Part shown: piece by piece, positions 62,485-64,000 of the stretch
Numbering within the stretch: the stretch's first letter is position 1
Layout of the letters: each line of letters starts with the position of its first letter
Translations under genes and position numbers: made by a program
NCBI GenBank assembly: GCA_001687465.1
Contig: LVLI01000304.1
Location: 1-64,000, forward strand
Origin: Halocafeteria seosinensis
Taxonomy: Eukaryota
Direction of reading: 5' to 3'
DNA length: 64,000 nt
The notes under the pieces: model-generated
Databases searched by the model: none
Told to the model about the DNA's origin: nothing
The model's input: only the letters and a program-made list of their open reading frames with translations

Positions 62485-62744
62485 TCAAGTCCCTAGTGGT
62501 GTTCGCACAGCCAGATGGAGTGGGGTGTCACATTGAGGTTATCACAACTTGTATGTACCCAACACGTGGAACGGCGTTTTATGTATTCATCATCCTAGGA
62601 GAGACAAAAAAGGCTGAAAAGTAATCAAGTCCCTAGTGGTGTTCGCACAGCCAGATGGAGTGGGGTGTCACATTGAGGTTATCACAACTTGTATGTACCC
62701 AACACGTGGAACGGCGTTTTATGTATTCATCATCCTAGGAGAGA
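62465..62744. repeat. Perfect 140-bp tandem duplication (62465-62604 and 62605-62744)
   Basis: The two units appear identical by eye; each begins caaaaaaggctgaaaagtaatc. Confidence 0.95.
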
Positions 62745-62747
62745 CAA

Positions 62748-64000
62748 CTACCACCAGCTACCACGGTGGTAGTCGTTGGTAAAAGTATCTTGAAAGACCT
62801 TTACGATTTCTGGATTCGTTACTTCTACATTGAAGTCACGATTAACAGGTTGCCAGTCTTTATCGGGAAATGGAGGATATGTTCCATTCCCTGAAATATC
62901 ATCAGGATAGTCTGTAGGGCTCCAGTTGCCAGTGCTAAGACCTAGCCTCTTCCCGTCGACGATCCAGTACTTCTGATGACTGAAGTCATAGTAACTCGGG
63001 GTAGCGCGCGGGTCAAAATTGTGATAGCTTAGTAACTCATAGCATTTCTTAGCTATTTCATAGTCGCTATAACTGTAAATCCGCTTGCTCACCAGCAAGG
63101 TTACTGCAGCACGGGGGATGATGGTGTCGTCGGACCATCTACATGAACCGCACTCAAGCATGAGTTACATACCATTGATGCCGGCGTTATGGACATCGAG
63201 CAGTTTCTGACACAAGTTCTGGTCGGTAATCTGGTAAATGAAGAGCTCAAACGACTCCTTTGCACTGTTAATGTCTTCAAATAGTCTCGGCCGCGCATAA
63301 TCCGGGCTGGCAAAGATACCAAGATCCATTGGGGTCGTAACAAATTGAGGCTTTGGTGTGATATACGCTCCTTCGAAGTGTGGCTGAGGAGGCACATTAA
63401 CGGGGAGAATGGCTCTGTGTCCAACGAAAGTAATAAGACCAATTTATTGTATTTGCCATGCTCAGAAACAAGTACCCCTTATGCTTACGGGTCCGTGATA
63501 ATTTTCATCTGAGATTTGGAGTATGACTGTTGCACAGTATACTCTTTGCCTTCTTGCCAATCATGGAGAAACACATTCTCCGCAAAGTTTCGTAGTTGCA
63601 GCGTACCATCTCCAGCATATATGAAACTGCATCAAATATATGTGTATATCTACCACCAATCCGATGACGGTGTCTCCGAACTTAACGTACCCAGCTTCCC
63701 TGTTTTTCATAAAGGACGCTTTGGAGAAGTTAACTGACGAAATTGCCGATTTCTGAGGTAAACAAGGTTATCCAGGCAAAATATACCAATTCAATATATC
63801 ATTAAGGGTCAGTTAAACTTACTGTTCCGTTCGAATTCATGTATTTTGCATGCCAAAATGTCGTTGTCGTATACGTCCGTATTTCAACACCGTTCAAAGC
63901 AAGATAGTCCAGCGGGGCAATCTGTCCAGAACATGTAGCCGTTCCGTAGTCGTTAGTTAATAGCTTAACATGAACTCCTCGTCGGATCGCATTCAACAGA
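62748..64000 (-). CDS. Phospholipase D-superfamily protein with two HKD-type motifs; 5' part lies outside the window
   Basis: AIRRGVHVKLL, FWHAKYMNSNG..SSVNFS..KNREAG, FASPD..INSAKESFELFIYQIT, SHQKYWIVDG..STGNWS..NRDF. Confidence 0.87.

Overview
Compact eukaryotic genomic DNA, probably from a flagellated protist (it has centrin and dynactin, short GT-AG introns of about 55-95 nt, and very short intergenic spacers). The taxon cannot be fixed from sequence alone. The first ~3.3 kb is a patchwork of decayed non-LTR retrotransposon fragments of the restriction-like-endonuclease (RLE; CRE/R2-superclade) type, in both orientations, several ending in the same AATACAC motif. The rest is gene-dense. 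Recognisable genes: dynactin p150, an APC amino-acid permease, an alpha/beta esterase, a sulfotransferase, TAF2, an SLC38A9-like transporter, two ankyrin proteins, MLH3, COQ2, a secreted nucleoside hydrolase, a membrane-anchored TKL kinase, a convergent UDP-rhamnose biosynthesis pair, PP2A-B55, a NOPCHAP1-like gene, MCMBP, ISWI, centrin, a JmjC-trefoil protein and a partial PLD-family gene. Most notable: the putatively secreted JmjC oxygenase with a C-terminal trefoil domain, the two-gene rhamnose pathway cluster, and the array of RLE retroelement 3' ends. Exon boundaries were read by eye and gene identities come from recalled motifs; no searches were run.
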